DNA of 64,000 nucleotides, from assembly GCA_910584385.1 (NCBI GenBank), contig CAJUAK010000005.1, positions 58,870-122,869 on the forward strand. Reading direction: 5' to 3'. The translations under genes and the position numbers were made by a program. This stretch comes from an uncultured Alphaproteobacteria bacterium. GTDB taxonomy: Bacteria > Pseudomonadota > Alphaproteobacteria > RF32 > CAG-239. The number at the start of each line of letters is the position of its first letter. The first letter of the stretch is position 1. Shown here piece after piece: positions 29,705 through 38,545 of this stretch. The notes beneath the pieces are model-generated. The model was not told the origin of the DNA, did not search any database, and saw only the letters and a program-made list of their open reading frames with translations.

Positions 29705-32035
29705 ATGGCAGTGAAAAAAGAAAAATATCCGGTTCTTCCCTTAAGGGATATTGTGGTTTATCCTAAAATGATTGTGCCTTTGTTTGTGGGGCGGGAAAGG
29801 TCTATCCGCGCTTTGCAAGAGGTTATTGACAGCGATAAAAGCATTATCCTGGCAACACAGAAGGATGCTTCTGTCGAAGATCCGACGGAAGATGATATCT
29901 ACCATATTGGAACATTGGGAACTATTTTGCAGCTTCTGCGCCTTCCTGACGGAACGGTCAAAGTTTTGGTGGAAGGGACAGAAAGGGTCAAAATAGAAAA
30001 CTTTTTGAACAATGACGCTTTCTTGGAAGCCAATGCTTCTATCCTGTTGGCGCCCAAAGATAAAGATGATGAGCTGGAAGCTTTGGTCCGGGCTGTTTTG
30101 AGCCAGTTTGAGGAATATGTGAAGCTTTCAAAGAAAACGCCGCCGGAGGCCCTTATGGCGGTTAATCAGATTGAAGATTACGGCAAGCTGGCTGACACGA
30201 TTGCTTCGCACCTGTCTTTAAAAATAGCCGATAAACAAGCTTTGCTCGAGGCTGCGGGGTTAAAAGAAAGGTTTGAAAAAATCTTAGGGCTGATGGATGG
30301 CGAAATTGCCCTGATGGAAGTTGAAAACCGGATTAAAAACCGCGTAAAAAAACAGATGGAAAAAAGCCAGAAGGAATATTACCTCAATGAGCAAATGAAG
30401 GCCATTCAAAAAGAACTCGGCGACGGCGATGAAGATTCTGAAATTGCGCATTATAATGAAAAGATTAAAAAGGCGCGCCTTTCTAAAGAAGCCAAAGAAA
30501 AAGCCCAGGATGAACTCCGCAAGCTGAAATCAATGAGCGGAATGTCTTCAGAGGCGACGGTTGTGCGCAATTATTTGGACACGCTGCTTGAATTGCCTTG
30601 GAAAAAACGTTCAAAGGTCAACAAAGATTTGAGCAAAGCGTTAGAAATCCTTGAGGCTGACCATTACGGGCTGGACAAGGTTAAAGAACGTATTGTGGAA
30701 TATCTTGCCGTGCAGGCGAGGGCAGATAAAATTAAAGGCCCGATTTTGTGCCTGGTCGGCCCTCCGGGCGTGGGCAAGACTTCCCTTGGAAAATCCATTG
30801 CCCGGGCAACGGGGCGCAGTTTTATCCGCGCTTCGCTCGGCGGCATGCGCGATGAAGCGGAAATCCGCGGGCACCGCCGCACTTATATCGGTTCTATGCC
30901 GGGCAAAATTATTAAAGGCATGAAAAAAGCAGGTACATCAAATCCTTTGTTCCTGTTGGATGAGATCGACAAGCTGGGCAATGATTACCGCGGCGATCCG
31001 AGTTCGGCACTGTTGGAAGTTTTAGACCCTGAGCAAAATTCGTCATTCAACGACCATTATTTGGAAGTGGATTATGATTTGTCGGATGTTATGTTTGTAA
31101 CCACGGCGAATTCTTTGGATATGCCCCAGCCGTTGCTGGACAGAATGGAAATTATCCGTTTATCCGGTTATACGGAAGATGAGAAGATAGAAATTTCCAA
31201 ACGGCACCTTATTCCCAAGATATTTAAGGAAAATGCCGTTAAGGCCAGCGAGCTTGAGATTAAGGATGATGCCATCCGCGATATTATCCGTTATTATACC
31301 AGAGAAGCCGGCGTGCGCAATCTGGAACGCGAAATTTCTAAAATCGCCCGCAAGTCGGTTAAAGAGATTTTGCTTAACGGCGATAAAAAGCTTGTGGTTG
31401 ATTCTAAAAACCTGGAAAAATATCTCGGCGTTATCAAGTACCGTTTTGGCGAAGCCGAAAGAGAAGACCATGTCGGCGTAACGACAGGTTTGGCTTGGAC
31501 AGAAGTCGGCGGCGATATCTTATTTATCGAAGCCGTTGACATGCCCGGAAAAGGCGTTGTCAAACAAACGGGAAAATTAGGCGAGGTTATGAAAGAATCT
31601 ATTGAGACGGCGTATTCTGTCGTTCGTTCTCATGCCAAAGATTTGGAAATTGATCCGGAAGTGTTTGAAAAAACGGATATCCATGTCCATGTTCCCGAAG
31701 GCGCAACGCCTAAAGACGGCCCTTCTGCCGGTATTGCAATGTATACGACGCTGGTTTCGGTTCTGACTAAAACCCCCGTACGCAAGGATGTTGCCATGAC
31801 CGGGGAAATTACGCTGCAGGGCAGGGTTCTTCCCATTGGCGGATTGAAAGAAAAGCTGTTGTCGGCTTTGCGCGGCGGAATTAAAACCGTCCTTATTCCT
31901 AAAGATAATGAAAAGGATTTGGCTGAGATTCCGGATAATGTCAAAGAAGGCATGAAGATTATTCCGGTTTCGGAAGTTTCGGAAGTTTTGAAACATGCTT
32001 TGAATTATGACAAGAAGCCGAAGAAAAAGAAATAA
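29705..32035 (+). CDS. lon: ATP-dependent protease Lon
   Basis: LON N-domain, AAA+ Walker A GPPGVGKTS, and the protease domain Ser-Lys dyad (PKDGPSAG). 776 aa. Confidence 0.95.
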   Translation: MAVKKEKYPVLPLRDIVVYPKMIVPLFVGRERSIRALQEVIDSDKSIILATQKDASVEDPTEDDIYHIGTLGTILQLLRLPDGTVKVLVEGTERVKIENFLNNDAFLEANASILLAPKDKDDELEALVRAVLSQFEEYVKLSKKTPPEALMAVNQIEDYGKLADTIASHLSLKIADKQALLEAAGLKERFEKILGLMDGEIALMEVENRIKNRVKKQMEKSQKEYYLNEQMKAIQKELGDGDEDSEIAHYNEKIKKARLSKEAKEKAQDELRKLKSMSGMSSEATVVRNYLDTLLELPWKKRSKVNKDLSKALEILEADHYGLDKVKERIVEYLAVQARADKIKGPILCLVGPPGVGKTSLGKSIARATGRSFIRASLGGMRDEAEIRGHRRTYIGSMPGKIIKGMKKAGTSNPLFLLDEIDKLGNDYRGDPSSALLEVLDPEQNSSFNDHYLEVDYDLSDVMFVTTANSLDMPQPLLDRMEIIRLSGYTEDEKIEISKRHLIPKIFKENAVKASELEIKDDAIRDIIRYYTREAGVRNLEREISKIARKSVKEILLNGDKKLVVDSKNLEKYLGVIKYRFGEAEREDHVGVTTGLAWTEVGGDILFIEAVDMPGKGVVKQTGKLGEVMKESIETAYSVVRSHAKDLEIDPEVFEKTDIHVHVPEGATPKDGPSAGIAMYTTLVSVLTKTPVRKDVAMTGEITLQGRVLPIGGLKEKLLSALRGGIKTVLIPKDNEKDLAEIPDNVKEGMKIIPVSEVSEVLKHALNYDKKPKKKK

Positions 32036-32334
32036 GCCTTAAGCTTTGCATGGCGGAGACTTTGCGTAGCGGAGAATCGGAAACGGTTTTCCGCTTTTTC
32101 TTTTAAAAGAATCGCAGGGATTTTCTTGATTTCCCGATGATTCGCTGTGCATAAGCCTGTTTTTGCGGCTTTGCGTTGCAAAAAAGGCGGCTTTTTATGT
32201 GGAAAAGTCAAGTTTTCAGCGGAAAAGCAACGTTTTTATTTGACAGCGGAAGAAATAACCGCTTAAATTTTCTCATGACAGTAATTATTACAGTCATGTT
32301 GGTTTATAACTTTTATTTAGAGGGAGTCCTCACA

Positions 32335-32607
32335 GTGAATAAAAACGAATTGATTACTAGCATTGCTAGCGAAACCGGCCTTACAAAAACTGATTCTGCT
32401 AAGGCTTTGGATGCTTTTATTTCTTCTATCACCGGCGCTTTGAAGAAAGGTGATGAAGTTCGTTTGGTCGGTTTTGGTACTTTTGCAGTATCTAAGCGCG
32501 CAGCTACTACCGGCCGCAATCCTCGCACTGGCGCAGCTATCAAAATTCCGGCTCGCAAACAAGCTAAATTTAAAGCTGGTAAAGCTCTGCAGGATTCTGT
32601 AAACTAA
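32335..32607 (+). CDS. hupB: DNA-binding protein HU
   Basis: MNKNELI...GFGTFAVSKRAATTGRNPRTGAAIKIPA. GTG start at 32335 after AGGGAG. Conserved lon-hupB linkage. Confidence 0.85.
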   Translation: MNKNELITSIASETGLTKTDSAKALDAFISSITGALKKGDEVRLVGFGTFAVSKRAATTGRNPRTGAAIKIPARKQAKFKAGKALQDSVN

Positions 32608-32616
32608 TTTAAGTTA

Positions 32617-32648
32617 AGAACCGGTTATCTGCCGGTTCTTTTTTTTAG
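32617..32648 (+). terminator. rho-independent terminator
   Basis: agaaccgg-ttatct-ccggttct followed by T9. Confidence 0.65.
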
Positions 32649-32699
32649 TTTAAGACAATAAAAGCGAAATTCTTTTTTGGAATTTCGCTTTTTTGTTGG

Positions 32700-33365
32700 T
32701 TAAGCGGCTTGCGCCAGCATATCTTCGGGAATAATCAAGTCTGCTTCAACCGTGGAAGTAATGTCTTCTAATGAAAACAGCGGGTTGATTTCCTTTAGCA
32801 AAAGCCCATCCGGCGTTACTTCCAAAACGCAGCGTTCAGTAATGATTAAGTCAACTTCATGAGCCGCTGTCAGAGGCAAGGTGCACTTTTTCATGATTTT
32901 AATTTTATTCTTTGCAAGGTGCTCCATTGCGACGATAACCTTTTTTGCCCCGACAAGCAAATCCATTGCGCCGCCCATGCCCGGCACAAAGGCGCCGGGG
33001 ACCATCCAGTTTGCGATATTTCCTTCCTCATCGACCTGCAAAGCGCCTAAAACAGTTGTATTGACATGCCCGCCGCGAATCATGGTAAATGACATAGCCG
33101 TATCAAAGAACACTGCGCCGGGGACTGTTGTTACAGGAAGGCCTCCGGCGTTTGTAATCCTTTCATTCTCTTCTCCGGGGCGCGGGGTGGGGCCAACGCC
33201 AATCATGCCGTTTTCAGATTGTATCATAACGTGGACGGAAGAGGGAATATAATTGGCGGCTTCCGTGGGTAGCCCGATGCCTAATGTAACATAATCGCCC
33301 TCATGCAGTTCTTTAGCCACTCTTTTCGCGATGATTTCCCTGATTTGTTCTTTGCTTAATTCCAT
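32700..33365 (-). CDS. 3-oxoacid / acetate CoA-transferase subunit B
   Basis: Catalytic SENGMIGVGP motif. Start at ATG 33365 (AGGA RBS); ATG 33374 is an alternative. Confidence 0.85.
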   Translation of the reverse strand: MELSKEQIREIIAKRVAKELHEGDYVTLGIGLPTEAANYIPSSVHVMIQSENGMIGVGPTPRPGEENERITNAGGLPVTTVPGAVFFDTAMSFTMIRGGHVNTTVLGALQVDEEGNIANWMVPGAFVPGMGGAMDLLVGAKKVIVAMEHLAKNKIKIMKKCTLPLTAAHEVDLIITERCVLEVTPDGLLLKEINPLFSLEDITSTVEADLIIPEDMLAQAA

Positions 33366-33381
33366 TTTATTCATCCTGATG

Positions 33382-34056
33382 TCAGATAACGATATAATCA
33401 ATAAAAATTCCCGGAATGGTTATCGTGTTGGGATTAAGGCTGTCTTCTAAAAATTCTTCAGCCTCTACGATAACCGTTTTTGCGGCGGTTGCCATAACCG
33501 TGTTAAAATTGCGGGTGGAACCTTCCAGATATACATTGCCAAACTTGTCAACTTTTGTGCCGTAAATAATTGCAAAATCCGCAGTAAGCGGTTTTTCCAG
33601 CAAATAGTCTTTTCCGTCTATGCTGATTATTTGTTTGTCTTTCGCAACAACAGTCCCTATGCCGGTTGGGGTAAGAATGCCGCCCAGGCCGGCGCCGCCA
33701 GCGCGAATCCTCTCCACCAGTGTCCCCATGGGGACGAGTTCGACTTCCAGTTCGCCGTCATGCAGTTGTTTCCCGGTTTCAGGGTTTGTTCCGATATGGG
33801 TAACAATCGCTTTTCTAATTTGTTTGTTGCTGATTAATTTTCCTCGGTCGTGCTCCGGATAAGATGTGTCATTGGCGATTAGCGTTAATCCGCCGGTTTT
33901 ATATTCGGTAAGCGCATCAATTGTTTTTACGGGGCTTCCGCATTTAAGAAACCCGCCAATCATTATGGAGGAGCCGCTTTTAACTAATTTAGCCGCCTCT
34001 GTAGCTGTAATCTTTTTTTTCAAGTTTGACCCTTCTTTTACTGATTTGGCGGGCAT
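33382..34056 (-). CDS. 3-oxoacid / acetate CoA-transferase subunit A
   Basis: AKLVKSGSSIMIGGF...NVYLEG... Start trimmed to ATG 34056 (MPAKSV). The longer track ORF is an artefactual extension that runs antisense through tRNA-Val. Confidence 0.85.
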   Translation of the reverse strand: MPAKSVKEGSNLKKKITATEAAKLVKSGSSIMIGGFLKCGSPVKTIDALTEYKTGGLTLIANDTSYPEHDRGKLISNKQIRKAIVTHIGTNPETGKQLHDGELEVELVPMGTLVERIRAGGAGLGGILTPTGIGTVVAKDKQIISIDGKDYLLEKPLTADFAIIYGTKVDKFGNVYLEGSTRNFNTVMATAAKTVIVEAEEFLEDSLNPNTITIPGIFIDYIVI

Positions 34057-34216
34057 TATAACAAAAAAATATGAAAAGTACAATATTAATAATAGCCCCG
34101 GACAAACGCTCTTCAGTTTATTGATATTAAATGATTTTCTAAAAAAAATGATTTTTATGGAATTTTTTGCTTGATTATTTATTTTTGTGAGTGTATAAAC
34201 TCTCTTGTTAAACGGA

Positions 34217-34293
34217 TGGGAGTTTAGCTCAGCTGGAAGAGCATCTCGTTTACACCGAGAGGGTCGGGAGTTCGAACCTCTCAACTCCCACCA
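34217..34293 (+). tRNA. tRNA-Val (anticodon UAC)
   Basis: GGGAGTT...AACTCCC-A-CCA. Anticodon stem tctcg/cgaga with loop ttTACac. T-loop TTCGAAC. Confidence 0.85.
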
Positions 34294-34295
34294 AT

Positions 34296-34366
34296 CAAAG
34301 CCTCCTTCGGGAGGCTTTTTTTTGTGTATAGATACCCCCCGGCTAGGCCGGGGGGTATCTTTTTTT
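34296..34366 (+). terminator. two tandem rho-independent terminators
   Basis: aaagcctcc-ttcg-ggaggcttt followed by T8, then gataccccccggc-tag-gccggggggtatc (13 bp GC stem) followed by T7. Confidence 0.7.
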
Positions 34367-34487
34367 AAATAAAAACGGTTTGTGAAAATCACCGGGGAGT
34401 TATGTAGATTTAAAATTTCCTTAACCTTCTATAAAGCAAAGGCGGATATTATTTCTATAATAGAAAATTGTTATTTATGGAGAAGGC

Positions 34488-35690
34488 ATGCAAAAGATAG
34501 AGGAAGTTTTAAGCCATTACGGCGTGTCGGGGAAGGTCGTTGCAATTCATGAAGGCCCTTTGGTCAAGCAAATTGAATTTTTACCGGACCCCGGAACAAA
34601 AATGAAAAATATTACATCATCTCTTGATGATATTGCCCGGGAACTTGCTGCGCCGTCTTTGCGTTTGGAGGCGATTGAAGAAAACGGTACCATCGGTTTC
34701 GAATTGCCTGCCGAAACAATGAAAAGCGTAGATTTTCTTTCTTTGCTGCCATCTTCGGAATTTCTGGCGGCGAAAGGGGCACTGCCAATTATTTTGGGTG
34801 TGGATATTAGCGGGCGCCCTGTTATTGCCGATTTGGCAAAAATGCCGCACCTTTTGGTGGCCGGGACAACCGGTTCGGGAAAATCCGTCGGGCTTAACAG
34901 TTTTATCCTTTCTTTAATTGCAAAAAAGCAGCCAGAAGACTTGAAGTTTGTGTTAATCGACCCGAAAAGGATAGAATTTGGCATTTATAATAATCAAAAA
35001 TATCTTTTAACGCCGGTTGTTACTGAAATGGGCGAAGCTTCTGCGGCTTTGTCATTATTGGCGGAAGAAATGGAACGCCGCTACGCTTTATTTGAAGAAA
35101 ACCTGGTTAAAAATATTGGCGAATATAACGAATCTGCGGGGCATCTTCCTTATATCGTTTGCGTAATTGATGAGTTTGCCGATTTGATGTCTTATGATAA
35201 GAAAACATCCGCCATTGTCCAAAGGCTGGCGCAAAAAGCCAGGGCTGCGGGAATTCATCTCATTTTAGCGACCCAACGTCCCTCGGTTGATGTAGTAACC
35301 GGCGTTATAAAAGCTAATTTTCCGACCCGCTTGTCCTATAAAGTGGCAAGTGCTGCAGATTCCCGTACGATTTTGGATGCTGCCGGCGCGGAAAAGCTTA
35401 TCGGGCGCGGTGATGCCTTATATTTGGCCGCTGATGGAAATTTGCAGAGAATACACGGCGCATATGTCGACAATGCCGGAATTGATAAGATCTTGGCTCC
35501 TTATCGGGCAGAAATCAAACCATTGAAGCTCAAAATGGAAAGTAAACCTGCCAATCAGAAAAGTGAAAAAAGCTTTTTTAGAAAAATGTGGGATTTTTGG
35601 AGTTCCCTACGCCAAAGAGACCGGAAAATGATTATAAACGGCATAATGTTTTTGGCAGGCTTTGTCAGCGGTAAAAAGAAAAGGAGATAG
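34488..35690 (+). CDS. FtsK/SpoIIIE-family ATPase, motor (alpha+beta) domains only; no N-terminal TM segment and no gamma domain
   Basis: Collinear with the FtsK C-terminal motor: VIADLAKMPHLLVAGTTGSGKSVGLNSFILSLI, VLIDPKRIEF, VIDEFADLM, ILATQRPSVDVVTGVIKANFPTRLSYKVAS. The C-terminal 55 aa are not a winged-helix gamma domain and end in a hydrophobic stretch. Confidence 0.75.
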   Translation: MQKIEEVLSHYGVSGKVVAIHEGPLVKQIEFLPDPGTKMKNITSSLDDIARELAAPSLRLEAIEENGTIGFELPAETMKSVDFLSLLPSSEFLAAKGALPIILGVDISGRPVIADLAKMPHLLVAGTTGSGKSVGLNSFILSLIAKKQPEDLKFVLIDPKRIEFGIYNNQKYLLTPVVTEMGEASAALSLLAEEMERRYALFEENLVKNIGEYNESAGHLPYIVCVIDEFADLMSYDKKTSAIVQRLAQKARAAGIHLILATQRPSVDVVTGVIKANFPTRLSYKVASAADSRTILDAAGAEKLIGRGDALYLAADGNLQRIHGAYVDNAGIDKILAPYRAEIKPLKLKMESKPANQKSEKSFFRKMWDFWSSLRQRDRKMIINGIMFLAGFVSGKKKRR

Positions 35691-35692
35691 AA

Positions 35693-35986
35693 ATGCATTT
35701 AATCATATTAGGGCTTTTGCTTTATGTCATATTTGCGGAATGGCGGAACATGAAACAAGCCGCCGCTTTGAAAGATTTGGAAAAGAAGCTTGAAAAATAT
35801 AAAAAAGATAAAACATTATGGTACTCGGGCGTTTTGCCTGCGGCTGACAAAATGTGCCTGTTTGAAGAAGCCAAAGGCGGCTATGCCTTGTCCTCTTTGG
35901 ATGATAAGCGCTGGCTTAAAAACGGAGAAGCCGATTTTTTGAAAATCAGCCGTTGGATTTATATTGACGACTTGAAAAATTTATAA
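35693..35986 (+). CDS. small membrane-anchored hypothetical protein
   Basis: N-terminal TM helix LIILGLLLYVIFAEW. 3-nt gap after the FtsK-like gene. Confidence 0.45.
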   Translation: MHLIILGLLLYVIFAEWRNMKQAAALKDLEKKLEKYKKDKTLWYSGVLPAADKMCLFEEAKGGYALSSLDDKRWLKNGEADFLKISRWIYIDDLKNL

Positions 35987-36038
35987 GCTTGCAAAAATAT
36001 TTTTAAAGGGATATCTTTTGGAGAAAGGAGAATATAAA

Positions 36039-36296
36039 ATGGAAAATAAAGTTGCGGTTTTGGCGATTATTGTTGAAGACATGAATTCTGTTGAAGAATT
36101 AAATGCCGTTTTGCATGATTATTCTTCTTATATTATCGGCCGGATGGGAATTCCATACAGATGCAGGGGAATTAACGTGATCAGCGTGGCTTTTGATGCG
36201 CCGCACGATATTATCAGCGCTGTGGCCGGAAAAATCGGAAGGCTTAAGGGCGTCTGCGCAAAAACGGCTTATGCCGGCATGCCGGAAGCCGAATAG
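36039..36296 (+). CDS. TM1266-like putative iron-only hydrogenase system regulator (ACT/NikR-C-like small protein)
   Basis: VAVLAIIVEDMNSVEELNAVLHDYSSYIIGRMGIPYR...GKIGRLKGVCAK matches the TM1266 family pattern. ATG 36039 after AAGGAG. Confidence 0.6.
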   Translation: MENKVAVLAIIVEDMNSVEELNAVLHDYSSYIIGRMGIPYRCRGINVISVAFDAPHDIISAVAGKIGRLKGVCAKTAYAGMPEAE

Positions 36297-36350
36297 TATT
36301 TGTTAACTGACGGGGAAGTTTATTCTGACCCATAAGAGAAAGGTGTGGAG

Positions 36351-37769
36351 ATGTATGATCCGAAATCTTCCAAAGCGGAAGAATTTATTTGCCATGAAGA
36401 AATTTTGGCCTCTATGGAATATGCCGAAAAAAACAAAAATAATTTACAGCTTATTGATGAAATTTTAGAAAAAGCACGTTTGCGCAAAGGGCTTTCCCAT
36501 CGGGAAGCGGCTGTTTTGCTTGATTGTAACATACCTGAAAAAAATGCTGAAATTTATGCTTTGGCAGAACAGATAAAAAAAGACTTTTACGGCAACAGAA
36601 TTGTCCTTTTTGCGCCGCTTTACCTTTCAAACTACTGCGTTAATGGCTGTGTTTATTGCCCATATCATGCTAAAAACAAGCATATTCCCCGCAAGAAAAT
36701 GACGCAGGAAGAAATCAGGAAAGAAGTTATCGCCCTCCAGGATATGGGACATAAGAGACTGGCTTTGGAAGCCGGGGAAGATCCGGTTAATAACCCGATT
36801 GAATATATATTGGAATCCATCAAAACCATTTACGGAATTAAGCATAAAAACGGCGCCATCCGCCGCGTAAATGTTAATATTGCAGCAACGACGGTCGAAA
36901 ATTATCGCAAATTGCATGAAGCAGGTATCGGAACCTATATTCTTTTTCAGGAAACATATAATAAAGAATCTTATGAAAAACTTCACCCAACCGGGCCAAA
37001 GCATAATTATACCTGGCATACGGAAGCTATGGACCGGGCGATGGCCGGCGGCATTGACGATGTGGGCTTGGGCGTTTTGTTTGGCCTGGAATCATACCGT
37101 TACGAGTTTTCAGGAATTTTGATGCATGCCGAACATCTTGAAGCAGCCTTCGGCGTTGGCCCGCATACGATTTCAGTGCCGAGAATCCGCCGGGCGGATG
37201 ACATTGATCCTGATGCGTTTGATAATGGCATTGACGATGATACTTTTGCAAAGATTGTTGCCTGTATCCGTATTGCGGTTCCTTATACCGGAATGATTGT
37301 TTCCACAAGAGAAAGCCAAAAGACAAGGGAGCGGGTTTTGCATTTGGGAATATCCCAAATCAGCGGCGGTTCAAAAACAAGCGTCGGCGGTTATAGCGAA
37401 CCAGAACCGGAAGATGAGAGCTCTGCCCAGTTTGACATCAGCGATAAACGTACATTGGACGAGGTTATTAAATGGCTGATGGAGATGGGATATATCCCGA
37501 GTTTCTGTACGGCTTGTTACAGGGAAGGGCGCACAGGCGACAGATTTATGGAATTATGCAAAAGCAAACAGATTCAAAACTGCTGCCATCCCAATGCTTT
37601 GATGACACTGAAAGAATATCTGGTTGATTATGCCAGCCCTGAAACCAGAGCAATCGGCGAAAAACTTATTCAGTCGGAACTTGGCAGCATTCCCAAGGAG
37701 AAAGTTAAAGAAGTCGTTATTGACCGCCTGGGCAAGATTGAGGATGGCAAACGGGATTTCTATTTTTAG
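36351..37769 (+). CDS. hydG: radical SAM tyrosine lyase, [FeFe]-hydrogenase maturase HydG-like
   Basis: N-terminal radical SAM motif CVNGCVYCPY (ThiH/HydG-like context LFAPLYLSNYC). C-terminal auxiliary-cluster motif CTAC-X22-C (CX2CX22C) diagnostic of HydG. About 472 aa. Confidence 0.7.
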   Translation: MYDPKSSKAEEFICHEEILASMEYAEKNKNNLQLIDEILEKARLRKGLSHREAAVLLDCNIPEKNAEIYALAEQIKKDFYGNRIVLFAPLYLSNYCVNGCVYCPYHAKNKHIPRKKMTQEEIRKEVIALQDMGHKRLALEAGEDPVNNPIEYILESIKTIYGIKHKNGAIRRVNVNIAATTVENYRKLHEAGIGTYILFQETYNKESYEKLHPTGPKHNYTWHTEAMDRAMAGGIDDVGLGVLFGLESYRYEFSGILMHAEHLEAAFGVGPHTISVPRIRRADDIDPDAFDNGIDDDTFAKIVACIRIAVPYTGMIVSTRESQKTRERVLHLGISQISGGSKTSVGGYSEPEPEDESSAQFDISDKRTLDEVIKWLMEMGYIPSFCTACYREGRTGDRFMELCKSKQIQNCCHPNALMTLKEYLVDYASPETRAIGEKLIQSELGSIPKEKVKEVVIDRLGKIEDGKRDFYF

Positions 37770-37778
37770 AGAGGAAAC

Positions 37779-38180
37779 ATGATTAAGCGTTTTTTTACAA
37801 TGTTTTGCCTTTTAAACCTGGCCGGCTGCGCATGGTTTCAAAACCGGACAAACGGTTTGGCACTCAGTGCGGCCGCTAAAGAGGATATTAAAAATATTGT
37901 ATTAAGCTTAAACATGCTCAAAACGGAAATCAGATACGATTATGAAAAGGGCCGGAATGTGTCAAAAGGCATCATCTCCGGCCAGCCTTTCGGCTTTTTA
38001 CCTTGGAATGTTGGCAAGGTTAATGAGCGGAAATTTTTTATAGAAGTCGGAGAGCTTAGCTATTTGCAATGCGAGGGGCTGCTGGAATCCAAGACAGAAG
38101 CGGTTTCTGTCAGCGTTAACGGCATTCCTGATGGCTGGTGCGATAATGAAAATGTTATCCGCTGGATATTTAAACGTTAA
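37779..38180 (+). CDS. hypothetical lipoprotein
   Basis: Signal peptide plus lipobox LAGC. No recognisable domain. Confidence 0.55.
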   Translation: MIKRFFTMFCLLNLAGCAWFQNRTNGLALSAAAKEDIKNIVLSLNMLKTEIRYDYEKGRNVSKGIISGQPFGFLPWNVGKVNERKFFIEVGELSYLQCEGLLESKTEAVSVSVNGIPDGWCDNENVIRWIFKR

Positions 38181-38214
38181 AAAAAAGGCCTCTGAAAACA
38201 GAGGCTTTTTTTTT
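38181..38214. terminator. bidirectional intrinsic terminator
   Basis: A-run, ggcctctg-aaaa-cagaggc, T-run, between two convergent genes. Confidence 0.65.
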
Positions 38215-38227
38215 TCAATCTTCAAAT

Positions 38228-38479
38228 TTATTTGGATTTTTTAGAAGATGTTTTTTTGCTTGTCGTTGTAGACTTAGAGCATTTTTTCAAAGAAGTGCTG
38301 CTGCAAGAAGATGACTTCAGGCTGCCCTTTGTATTGATATTGTTATAGCTGTTGGAGAGCTGTTGAATAGCCAGGTTCCAGTCGCTGAGGCTGCTGTTGG
38401 ACTGGCAGCCGTTGTTTTTCCAAATGTAGTAAGCCGCTTCACGAATTGCGTTTTCATCAAAATTAGAAAATTTGTTCAT
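38228..38479 (-). CDS. DUF2934-like small protein with Ser/Thr/Lys-rich tail
   Basis: AIREAAYYIWKNNG...DWNLAIQQL resembles the DUF2934 core (IRxRAYxIWexxGrp...DWxxAe). C-terminus SSCSSTSLKKCSKSTTTSKKTSSKKSK. ATG 38479 after GGAGA. Confidence 0.5.
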   Translation of the reverse strand: MNKFSNFDENAIREAAYYIWKNNGCQSNSSLSDWNLAIQQLSNSYNNINTKGSLKSSSCSSTSLKKCSKSTTTSKKTSSKKSK

Positions 38480-38545
38480 AGGAATCTCCATTTAGTAAGT
38501 TAATTAATTCGTTCTGAAAATTATAATCAATAGTTTAAAAAAATA

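Noticed and set aside
34057-34392. N-terminal 112-aa extension of the CoA-transferase A ORF (track 33382-34392)
   Set aside because: The extension translates the antisense of tRNA-Val (GFDWWELRGSNSRP…) and crosses the tRNA. The homologous start MPAKSVKE… is at 34056.
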